In this document: one piece after another, positions 42,763 through 54,356 of the stretch | How positions within the stretch are numbered: position 1 is the stretch's first letter | Layout: each line of letters opens with the position of its first letter | Assembly: GCF_964355755.1 (NCBI RefSeq) | Contig: NC_092680.1 | Span: 19,105,045 to 19,169,044 of the forward strand | Length of the DNA: 64,000 nt | Direction of reading: 5' to 3' | Source of the DNA: Antedon mediterranea | Lineage: Eukaryota > Animalia > Echinodermata | Translations under genes and position numbers: made by a program | Notes under the pieces: model-generated | Database searches by the model: none | The model's input: only the letters and a program-made list of their open reading frames with translations | What the model was told of the DNA's origin: nothing

Positions 42763-44819
42763 CCTTCGATTATAATGCGTCAAATCAAGGTGTCCTCACG
42801 CGACCTTAATTTGATTGACAGCTGTCACTACCTGTTTCGGGTTTCTTATAATAACTACCACATGGTTATGCTTGGTTCTGTTGCCGTAGAGATGGTTATG
42901 TTATGAGATCGTGAAAACACAGAAAAGTCGTGGTTGCAGTTTGGTTTTTGTTTTTAATATTTGGTGTTTTGCCTGTGTTACCATATTCGGCTAGTTCATT
43001 CATTGGAAACATCATTTACATTTGCATAACCACAGTAGTAAGGGATGTAGGCCTAATGTGTAATACATTAATTTAAAAACAAATACTGCGTAAAATCATG
43101 GAGTAATCTTTACTCCATGGTAAAATCTCTACAAAATCAACCCGACGTAATTCTGTATTGTGACAACGTTCAGTTCACTGAGATGAAAACCTGGTCTGAC
43201 CGCCTACGAAAACTTCAAAGGGGATGATGTGTTGCAAACCTGAAGAACAGGTCAAAGAACATTATGCAAGTTCCAACAATAAAGCATATTAGTGATTATG
43301 AAGAATACTTTACTGGTTTCTCCCTTGAATTGAGGTTGGGGAAGGTGTATATATCGTATTCAATAAATACAAAATGAACAATATAGTTATAATAATGTTC
43401 CGATGCCTCCTTACATTACATTATTTTGCAGTAGCCTAAAAAATACTGTAGTTTTCAAAACACCGGTCTGCCAATTTATTTTCCGCTTTTACTTTCGATC
43501 ACAAACACGTGTTATTCATTATAATGATAAGTGCATTATCTGTTTCGTGGACTTGAAGTTCTGATTGGTGGAAATTTACTCAGCAACAGAATATCGCCGA
43601 TGGTTGCTGGAAATAATCGAGGCACTTGTTGGTCTTAAATTCCTTATGCAAGCTCTCATGCACTTTCAAGATCGTCCTTTTGTTTCGCTTGAAGAGGCTG
43701 TGGCGTAAAACAGCGGGCAAAGGGCCGATGGTTTATCGCTCATTAGGGGCCCTCCAATGCTGGAGAGTTGCATTGGACTTCTCATGCTCTGGTGGGGCCA
43801 CTTAAGCCAGTGAGCGCTTATAGTCGTTACGTCACTAAGAAGAGGCCTATGCCTACTGATCATGTACTGCTATTTTCCATAAAAGTTGGGGTTAGGCATG
43901 TACATTGAATAAAAAGACGGTAATGACAGACCCATCGATTAACGGATGTATCTTTTAACACATAATTAATTACAAGTTAAACACATTCTGATTAATATAC
44001 TTGATTCAGTTCGAATCTTGTGTCTGGCTTGTCTGTTTGTTTTTAATTCGTGTTATTGAAGCATGTTAATGTATAGTGATCAACATGCTACCAGATTAAA
44101 TAAATAAAGAGGTCTTTCACTCAATTTGGTTCTGTCTGTTTCGATTCAGAACACGATTATCATGCCATCTTGCCAATGACGTCATCTTTCAGCGGCAATT
44201 TGCTTTGATGGTGTTATTTTGATTCATTTTGTTGTTGTTATTCGTTTATCTTTCACAGATACCTAGTCTCAAACCTTTACTGTATTGGTACCAATATTTT
44301 TTGAGAAAAAAATTCATTCATTATTTCTGAAATTTGAAAAACAAAAAATAAATAAATAAGAATAATGTTATTTTTTAAGAGGGTTTTCGTTATAAAAATT
44401 AAATTAACATTTTTCCACGATCGTTAATTTCAACAAGAAAAATGTTACGTAATGTTTTGTTCATTATCCAATGAATGCCCAGAGTAACTCAGTGTGCGTA
44501 CGAATGAATGACAGTTTATATCTTCATGGTTATCATAATTAATAGTTTTTAAATACCATTACATAATCTACCACTGTTACTGACACCTTATGACAATGAC
44601 TACCAGGGTTAACAGTAAGACTTGTCTCATCTTGACCTACGCCGTACTATAGGTTATTTTTCACGAAAAAAGAGATTTTCTTGCTTTACAGTAGGCCTGC
44701 TGTAACAGTTACCATAGAATGACATGTTTCGTCTTGACCAACTACACAGGACAATAGTTAGTCACGAACACTTTTTAAATTAATTTTTTTATAAAAAAAT
44801 AGTGGTAAACTCATCTTGA

Positions 44820-44858
44820 CCCAGAGCTTTCAGGAAACACTAGCCCTTCATCAGTGAA
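44820..44858 (-). ncRNA. Minimal type I hammerhead ribozyme candidate (Penelope-like-element type)
   Basis: Minus strand UUCA-CUGAUGA-AGGG-CUAGUGUU-UCCU-GAAA-GC-UC-UGGG: complete core, 4-bp helix II, palindromic AGCU helix III, helix I UUCA/UGGG; predicted cleavage after C at 44824. Confidence 0.6.
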
Positions 44859-47800
44859 AGAAAATGAATGTGTAAATATGTATTTATCTTTAGTTTGCTT
44901 AATATTAATAAAATCTCATTAAATGTGGCCTAAATAAATTCCATCGGATCTGAGCATGGTATATCAACACGAAGCATTAACGTGACCATGGGAAATTCCA
45001 CGACGAAAGAACTGTCAGTGTGAGTGTCTTTACGTGTGATTCGTGGAAATTAGTCGCGTGTCATGATGCGATAATTTAATGTTATTATACAGTACCCGCC
45101 CGTTAACTATGACGTCATAACTGGCGTGACACCACACCATTGAGAGACTGAAAGCTGCGGGTATTTTGAAGGTAGAACTGTTGTGCCTGGTCAGATCATG
45201 TATCATGTTGGTCAGTATTTAGGCTGCGGCATGATATTAGCTTCACTTACAACTATAAGGTTTTATGAGTTGTTTTTGAACTTCCAATTAACTGGTTACA
45301 TTTCAATGTACATAGTTTTCAATTAATTTTTGGATTGTAGACCTAAGTTCTTTCTTATCATTACTAATTGAATGGTTAAGTTCGTATCCCGCTCAGTATT
45401 ATATGTATTGCACCCATGAAAGTTCAATGGTTTTATTACACAGCAGTTTTTATTTATTTATTATTTTGTTTATAGAATGTTACGCAACGCGTCCTAATAA
45501 ATAAAACACGAACAATGTCACTGAGGCTGGACCAAGAAAGAATAAAAATATGTATCATGCATAAACCAAAATCTTGTAACCCTAAACAATGTACCGTCCT
45601 AATATATACAGATATTATATTAGATATATTACGGTACCTGCCCTATAAGCCATGCAATTTAGGCCTGCATTTCACTTTTTTCCTTTCGTGTTATTGAATC
45701 GACTTAGTTTCATTAGAAAACTGCTTATAAATTATTTTACTATAGGCCAATGACTGACAGGCCCATAGTATATACCTCATATCATACCACAGTCGGGAAA
45801 CCGACAATACATAACATATCCACCAAGGTCGACAAAAGTCGACACTCCCGACATAAGCCACATACGGTACCGACTGGAAAATAAGAATATGAGTTCAAGG
45901 GGTAAATTTGAATATGTATAGAAACCACGCGGTTTGTGTTATCTAAAAATATTTCATAAATGTCGTTTGAAAATAGATGATTTCTTTTAAGTTGTTGTAA
46001 TTACGATCTCACAGAAAGTACATAGAACTAATTAATCGATGTTCGAGTGATTTTAGAGAAATATGACCACTTGGTGTGAAGCTAGGCCAAGGCATGTGGT
46101 GACTTGAAATCATTCGCCTGCAAGAAACGTTCTTCGCCCTGAAGAATGAATGGATTGATTGCTATCAGGATAACTTATATGTATGCAGTATAGGCCTAGA
46201 CAGACCGGACAGCAAGGTAAGAGTAATAACAAGTATATAATTTAAAATTTGAAGGAATATGGTGGCTACAATCTTATTAGTTTTCTTAGATAAATGCACG
46301 GATCAAGTGCCGTTTTCGGCTATCTCGACGCTCTATATACAGTGTATGATGTTCCATTCATATGATAGGGTGTGGTGTATTATGTATTTATAAATAAATA
46401 TATATCAAAGTATATTTTATGTTATATATTAGTGATTTTTTGTTAGTTTTTGGAATACATTTGCTGGATTAAGTATGGTCAGGTCGGTCACATACCACAC
46501 ATCGGCCACAAACAATATCTAAACCACTGTATGCATGTTGTTATTTGCTGCCTAAAATCAATAATTTTAGTACTTTTTATCATAATTTACTAATTTTCTC
46601 ATAATGTTCTCATAAATAATATTTTAAAAGACGTATTAAAAGATACCAAATTTAATAAGGAACATTTGTTTTTAGAAACATCTTAAAGTAAAGTTTTTAA
46701 AAAAAGAGGCAAACAAAAAAAACGTGAAGAAACAGCAATTAAAAATGTGGTCTCATGGTTTGTGATTGCTCATTAAAAACATATTTTAATATGATTGCAG
46801 ACAGTAATAGGCCTACAAATAATTCGTTATTTTATGTATGTTATAGGGCCAAAGTTCAATTTTGAAATGTATCATCACATCCTCGATTTCTGTTTTACAG
46901 TATTATAAATTGAGATCGTTCGTAATTATGTAGGCCTACGTCTATAAACAGAAATGCAGTTAAACTATCGTACTCTATGTTATTATTGTTATTTCATGTA
47001 ATTTGTATCGACTGTTATGTCAATTAACGATGTTACCATAAACTTCAGCTATGTCTATAAATATTAATCTCATCTTGACCACGGGGCACCTGGGTAATAT
47101 TATCTATGAGTGATTGCCTCTATGCAGCCCAGTGCAATTAGATCACGTGACAGATGTCAAAGTACTTCTTGGTTACCAAATACAGTACAGTGGTCTAAAG
47201 TTATTTTTAAAATATCCGGTAGTAAGTAAAGCCATTCTGCGAAGAACTAGTTAGGAAATGTGGTAATTCGTACTTACTGACCTTGGTGTTTTAATATAAG
47301 TGTTGTAATTTTAAGATATTATGTTTACCTAATTAATTTCTGGATGCGATCCTTGGAATGAACGGAGTGCATGTTGTCTCCGCAACAGAGGAATTAGTGT
47401 GTAATAGTCGCCTGTTATTATTACGCCTAGTTGCGCATAAAGGGGAAACATCAGCAATTCGCTCGACCTTCACGATGTGAATGCACTTTTTTTTTACAAC
47501 AACAAAGCCTTAAAACTTTAGTCTCTACGTAGATTATTTTATACAACCAAACTATAATATGAATAATGGTACTGTAATTACAATATTCCAAAAAGCAAAA
47601 TCTATATTTATTAGAAAATTCATCCGATCACCAAAAAGAAAAAAAACGAAAAAAAAAAAATATAAATAAACACACAAACAAAAACCACTTTATATTCACC
47701 GCACACGAACATATCAGTTTACGGTAAACATGGACTGGATAAAAATGGAATGGAAGATTATGATTATTCCGTCAGTCCGGAATCATTTGTTTTTATTGTC

Positions 47801-47864
47801 ATTTTATAATATTAACAATGTAGGCCCAACTTGGACGTAAGCTTCGTTCTTCGGTGCGTTCTTA

Positions 47865-48185
47865 GGCGTGGTTCCCACTAGCGACGCAACACAAGGACGT
47901 AAACGCAACGCAAGCGTTTTAACTAATGACAAGCGATTGTGATTGGTCAATTCACTTGCGCTGCGTTACGTCCTTAAATTGCCTTGCTAGTAATGCTTGG
48001 TTCCCACTAGCGACGCAACACAAGGACGTAACGCAACGCAAGTGAATTGACCAATCACAAGCGATGGCTTATTCGCTTGTGATTGCTAACTGTCTATAAC
48101 TTCGCTTGTCATTGGTTAACACGCTTGCGTTGCGTTTACGTCCTTGCGTTGCGTTCTAGTGGGAACCAAGCTTGAGAACCAAGCT
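47865..48185. mobile_element. MITE family A nest: host copy 47865-48185 (TTA TSD) with intact copy 47994-48172 inserted in its right TIR
   Basis: Host begins TTA|GGCGTGGTTCCCACTAG; its right TIR is split as CTAG-TAA[insert]TGA-GAACCAAGCT|TTA. Confidence 0.85.
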
Positions 48186-50543
48186 TTAAGCGACGTATTG
48201 ACGCAAAGTGCTGTATTGCGTAATCACAAGTGGAAAAACGACGACGCAATAGTGCTGCAAACATCGCAGGTTTGATTTCACGCAGGCGGGAGAAAACACA
48301 ATTATTAGAAGGGCATTTGTTTACGTTTCGTAGATCGCGTTACGTTGCGTCGCTTGTCGGAACCAAGTTTAAATGGGATCCTCCAATCTTTAGACCCCAA
48401 CGTACTGTACACATAGCTGGCACTCAATATACGACAAGCGCCCGCTAGATTATTGTATTGGTCCATGGATGGATGAACGAAATGTAGTTTCCTAGTTTAG
48501 TTGTGTCCGCCTTAATATTTGTAAAAAGATAAATATTTTGGCCAGATTGAAATTTTTTGAAAAATCTTCTCAGTTAATCGTTTGAGGAACAACGAAACCA
48601 TCAAGAAGGTAGTTAGCATCTAATTTCGTATTTTTACCATTGGTTTGATAAAAAGAATTTTATACATTCATCATTTGTGATTACAAACCCAAACCATGAG
48701 ATGGATATTTATTATTAAGTTCTCCCTAGGATGAAACATGTTTGTTTTATATAGAAAAATTCATATTTATCGTTATCGTCGTAGTATAAATGGGCATGTA
48801 GGGGTACACAGGGTGCCCTATTTAACAACCAAAATACAACTATGAACTTTTTATTATCAGTTTATTTTTTAACAAACTACCGTACTTAAAAATGTATTTG
48901 TTAAAAAAATATAAACGCAGCTTAAGCTTAACATTTAATTCGCCGCTCTGCGCGAGGCAACACGATAGAGATTCGCCCTTGTCACGTGTCATTTAAGTTA
49001 CGTCATGTTGCTATGAAAGACAGCGATGATTGACAGGCAGTGACGTATAATATTATACGATGGTGCCTTCATAAAATGCTTTGTATTTACAAAATCGGAT
49101 TTTCTTTTCTTTGCGTCTACGTTATTTGTTTATTTTGTTGCTATTTTCTCAATTGTAAATTGACAGAAATCATGCATGTGAATAATAATAATAATTAATC
49201 TTTTTCTTTCTAAATAAAAAAGCATTGTTCTTCACCAATAATCAGAAATTTTTTTGAAGAGGCCAAGCGACGACATTTTCATTTCCACAACCTTTAAAAT
49301 TACTGTTCTTTAAATAAATAATTAGAAAAGTCGGTAAGGTGGAATTATGGACTTGGACATGGTTCGGTATTGCGACAACCTTGGCTCATAGTGCTAAAAC
49401 CCCGATCATCACGTTTCAATGCTTCTAAACATGCGGCTGGTGATTTTTGATTTAGCATTTTCACGGTATTTTACTCTCCCCACGTGCAACAACATCCGTC
49501 TGGTCTTTTTGACGTCGCTTTATAACAAGCCAATTTTACCGGTTGTAGATTCAGTCTCTTTCATTTATGTTTTCCTTACCTTTGCTTCAGTAAGCAAGGC
49601 ACCTACGTAAACAATATCGCAACACGTGGCCATTGCAACTTTATTTACCTGTGTTTTATTTGCCAATATTATAATTTTATCACGGTCTGTTAAACTTCCG
49701 GGACGTTAGTAATAGCACTATAATATAAACACTGCCTATTGAAGAACTTACCATGGAAATACAGTTAAAGTTCCTACTTTATGCCATTACTAGTACCCTA
49801 TTACTGTTTAAAGTTCGATCGGACAAATGTTATTTGTGTTTGCTTAGGCCTACCATAATTATATACAGCCATGAGCGTGTGTGTGCGGTACAGCGTGGTC
49901 GCAAAAGCCGACCGTTCTCGTGGGCCAAACTGAAAGCCCAAACAACTGATACACAGATCATTAATTCATTTTAATGACATCTTTTTAGAAAATATAAATG
50001 ATACATATTTGGAAGTACTTTTTATTAGTATTTTAAAATGGACATTGGGTGAGCATGCCAAAAAGAACAGTTTAATGAAGGATAAATGGTATACTTACTA
50101 ACATTTAAAAGTGTTTAATTTGACCCAACGCAACGACATAGAGTAGTTGTCGAATCAGTCGCGACAGCTACCGTCGTTGTTATGGTCAATTGTGCGTTGC
50201 GTCCATTAGGATCAAAAGCTTGACCATGTTTTTTTTCCTTAAGCACCAGTAATCCAACTGGATTACATGTAACTATTGAATGGACAGACAACATTTACAG
50301 TGTCCTTAATCAAGAGATTATTATCACTTTTATATGATTAGGCCTACCAATCATTTACTAAGTCGTCATGATTATCATTACCAATCTATCAAATATCATC
50401 ATCATAAATCTCTCACACCATATGAATGATGTAGATTATGAATATAGTTTCAAAATAGTAGGCCTATAATATTATAATCTCTATAATACAATAACTGTAG
50501 CAGTACAGTATATTGTACAAACTGTATTGCATTCATTGTCATC

Positions 50544-51129
50544 AAATCAATATATTATTTGAATTCCTGGAAAGGTGTAATTTATTTTAATGTCACGGCG
50601 TCTATCAACAGCACACGGTACTATTAATGATTGAAGTTTATGTAATTACCTGGTGCGCAGAAGACCTTACCTGTAACTATATTTAAATAATTATGAATAA
50701 AATAATAGGTTATACTGTTCCATTCAGTTTTCTCTGTCGGTATCATTTATATCAATATGGTAGGCCTATAACCTTTAACTTTTCACTCTTTCCGTTTAAA
50801 TTTAGGATTTTATACTGTCCTATCATGTTTAATGTATTTTTCAGTCAGTATGCTAAACGTGCCAGTACAAATTGTATTGCATTAATTTTTCTCTAAAAAT
50901 CAATATGTCATTTGAATTCCTGGAAAGGTGTAATTTATTTTAATGCCACGGCGTCTTTCAAAAGCACACGGTACTCTATTAATGACTATGAATAAAATAA
51001 AATAGTAATACTTTCCCATTCAGTTTTATTTATGAATCATTTATATCAATATGGTAGGCCTATAACCTTTAACGTTTCACTTGAGGATTTCACATCATGT
51101 TTAATGTATTTTGCAGTCAGTATGCTAAA
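50544..51129. repeat. ~350-bp-period local duplication; second copy has internal deletions
   Basis: ATTTGAATTCCTGGAAAGGTGTAATTTATTTTAATGYCACGGCGTCT and TCATTTATATCAATATGGTAGGCCTATAACCTTTAAC...CAGTCAGTATGCTAAA each occur twice. Confidence 0.88.
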
Positions 51130-51309
51130 TGGGACTTTAATTTTTTAAGCAAGTGATACGTTTTTAAACAGATTGGACCTGTACTGTATAATCATGGTTT
51201 AAAAAAGTGAATAGGCCTACACTTCAATCATTAACTTCACTCGTCACTGGGATGGATAAACTATTACGGGGTTTGTGGAATGGAGTTTTAGAATCCTGGT
51301 ACTAGGAGA

Positions 51310-51490
51310 GGATTGAACCCTGACACTAGGTCACGATTGAACTCGTGACACTACGTCACGATTGAACCCTGACACTAGGTCTGGATTGAACCCTGACACT
51401 AGATCAGGATTGAACCCTGACACTATGTCAGGATTGAACTCTGACACTGTCACGATTGATCCCTGACACTACTGTAGGTCACGATTGATT
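51310..51490. repeat. 24-bp minisatellite (~7 units)
   Basis: GATTGAACCCTGACACTAGGTCAC consensus. Confidence 0.9.
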
Positions 51491-51583
51491 GAAGTCAAGA
51501 ACGTTAACAACCAAGTTACAGTTCCACACACAAGACTTATAAATAAATCAACCACAAATACGGTAATCTTTGTTTAATTATTA

Positions 51584-52985
51584 TTTATTTCTTAGCAAAT
51601 GTGTTGAAACAAAAATAACAGCTGCTAAGTGGTTATGCCAGCACATACCTTATTCAGCAGAAAAATAAACCCAAACAAGTACAAATTGATTATATTCGAG
51701 AAAAGATGGTTACAAAATTATGAAGAAAACTCATTATTAACAAAAAATATATATAAAAATCCTTCTGAGCTTCGGTAGAATGTTCTGTTTATAATAATTT
51801 ACGAGACTTCGTAAGCCTAAACTTCCGACCCCCTTTCTTTCGGAATGTTCTCCAAACAACACAGTTTTTGTTAAAATGTCCGCACTGTAATATTCCTCCC
51901 CATTGTGGAATGGAACATGCGGATTTTCTTAACTAAAATATGTTTGTTGATTTACTATATTTCAGTATAATATAGTTATTAGTAAACCAGATTATAATAT
52001 ATGAATATCAAAATGATAGTGTACTGTTGCAGTACAGTACGTTGCGAGTTTATTATTATTAATGAAGAACAGGTCTATATTTATTATCGTATATACATAG
52101 AGGAAAAAAACCCTTCCCAAATCAAATGTTCGAATACAGCACCATATACATCTGGTGACGTATACAGACATGAATATCCATCCCGAACTAAAACACACAT
52201 TATTGTTCTTGGAATTCGGTCATTAAACCCCGTTCAAACTACTATGAATATGAAATGAATCTTATGTTATAACAAAAGAAACTGTTTAGCACACAGTTTG
52301 AACAGGGCTTAAATTAAACTAAAATGGTATCAATACGTCATGTATTCCCATTGTAAGGGTCATTGCACATTCAGTTACATTAGTCAGAACATATACTCAA
52401 TACACCGTCCTCTACAGTGTTAGTACTCTTTTTGTTTGCATGCTTCAGTCAAGTATGCAGCAGGGACATAACTTATTAAACCTTTTGTATTCATTTGCAG
52501 CATGTTCTAAGGTGTGAAATACTAGTTTCAATTTTCAACCAGAGCCATATATAATAATGGCTCTGTTTTCAACTACAAAGTAGCGCCCCCAATTTCCAAA
52601 TTATTAATGAGCCTCGATTTCACTTCGCAGCTAGCTGTAAAGGTGTACGTTTAATTGGTACCAGTAAATTAACAAGAGATAGACCGACATTGTTTTGAAT
52701 TTAAAATTGCACAGAAATTCTGTGAAATCTCTCACAATTCCAGTGAGTATTGCACTTAGATAAACTTTGAATATTGGTCTGCAACGAACGGGCAATGAAT
52801 TATAATCCAAGTGGAATGGTGCTGTAATGTATTAACAGTGCAGAGAGTGAAATCGAGGCTTACGTACTTGTTTTGTTATGAATAAAACATTAGAATACAT
52901 ACATATTATTATAATGCTTTACAGTTAAAATCAAATACCTGTATTATCTACATGAGATATCCGTGAATCACATCTAGCATTTATT
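51584..52985 (-). terminator. Candidate SoxF polyadenylation signals (AATAAA on minus strand at ~52980, ~52049, ~51584)
   Basis: TTTATT hexamers on the plus strand downstream of the stop; which one is used cannot be told from sequence in such AT-rich DNA. Confidence 0.3.
52610..52860. mobile_element. Decayed palindromic MITE downstream of the SoxF stop codon
   Basis: Perfect 15-bp TIR AGCCTCGATTTCACT / AGTGAAATCGAGGCT, plus weaker internal inverted similarity (AGACCGACATT / AATATTGGTCT). Confidence 0.65.
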
Positions 52986-53319
52986 ATATACAACTTTAAA
53001 ATCACATTCAAGAATCAACTAACTTTAGCCTAAATGCTACGGGCTTGCATAGTATGCCAAAAAATGCATTTTAGTCTTAAACTGCGAACAATATTAAATA
53101 TAATATCTGGTCCAAAAATTCTGTCTCATTATAAAAATTGATTTTAGTAGAAAAATATTCACAATCCTTTCACCATGGGAAGAGAGGTATTTCATATAGT
53201 CGTAATTATTTGTTATGGAAGATGTATTATTTTATCACGAGATAACGGAACATGTTCCAGTTAGTCTTGTGATTACCCACAATTCACTGACTCCAGTCCG
53301 CCAGGTTGCGCGCGCGCGT

Positions 53320-54356
53320 TTACTCGTAAACGGACGCTGACGCATCTGCTAAAACAGACGATAGAAGCTCCACATCCGAGGATGACATGGCCGGTGTGGT
53401 ATCAGGAATGAGCATAGGGGTATTCAAGTACATGTCAAATTCATCTCTGTTCAAATCATTTAATTGTTCTGTTGCGGTGAACTGTTCTAATGACATGGTT
53501 GCCACATCCTCGGCAGAAAATACGTTCATGTTCGAATCAGAGTTCAAATTGAACATTTGATGATGTACATCTGGCTGCGACAGCTCGCAGAACTGTTGCT
53601 GAGGAACGTTACCATTTAACGTGGTTGAGAGTATAGTATTCATGCCGTGTTGGCACTGTTGTGTCTGGTTGCTAACAAGTTCGTGCAGGTGTGTCAGTGT
53701 TTCACACGCAGGGAACGCGGACGTCGTTGCAGTGTGAGATACGAAGCGATTGTCCGTAACCTCCTGTTTCATATTGAAATTTATATTTAGATTTCCAAGC
53801 TTGTTTGAGATACGACTCGAACTGTCGTTGCAGGACGTTTGCGTATTGAATGTAAAAACATCGTCCATCGACTCAATCGGAGACATCTCTGGGGTTGGCA
53901 AACCCATTGCATTGATGAAGCCCCTGTTATGTATAGGGGTTTGGCGAAGACCTGACGCGTTCGTTCCAGTGAAAGAGCTCAGAGGTGGAAGAGGATATCG
54001 AATTGATGTGAGCTCTTCCGAAGTGGAATTACCGTCGGTGTTGTCCAATGGGGTTGGTGATGTTCTTGGGGAAACATCAGGCGTCTGAATATTGTTATTA
54101 AAGTTTGTAGATGCCGGACTGTTGACGTCGCTTCCAACAGGCGATGGTGAAGATGACGACGATTGGGCGTTGGTACCGGAAGTCTCAGAAGAGGCTGATG
54201 ACGTTGATACGGATCGCTTGTTTCGCTTTGGGCCTTTACGTCTCCTAGGCCTGTATTTATATTCAGGGTAATCCGACATATGTTTCACTCTTAATCGTTC
54301 AGCTTCCTCTACAAATGGCCGTTTATCTGGAAGGGAAAGGCTCTTCCAAGTTTTTC
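53320..54356 (-). CDS. SoxF: SoxF coding exon 2 (rest of HMG box plus C-terminal transactivation region; full protein 452 aa)
   Basis: Polypyrimidine tract and acceptor TTTTGCAG|GA; phase-1 join rebuilds [41 protein letters not shown]. Has Sox17/18-type motifs [22 protein letters not shown] (cf. DxxEFDQYL) and terminal [13 protein letters not shown]; stop TAA at 53320-53322. Confidence 0.96.

Noticed and set aside
53750-54088. 112-aa plus-strand ORF (also 56970-57272)
   Set aside because: Antisense shadows of the SoxF exons with no independent protein features.
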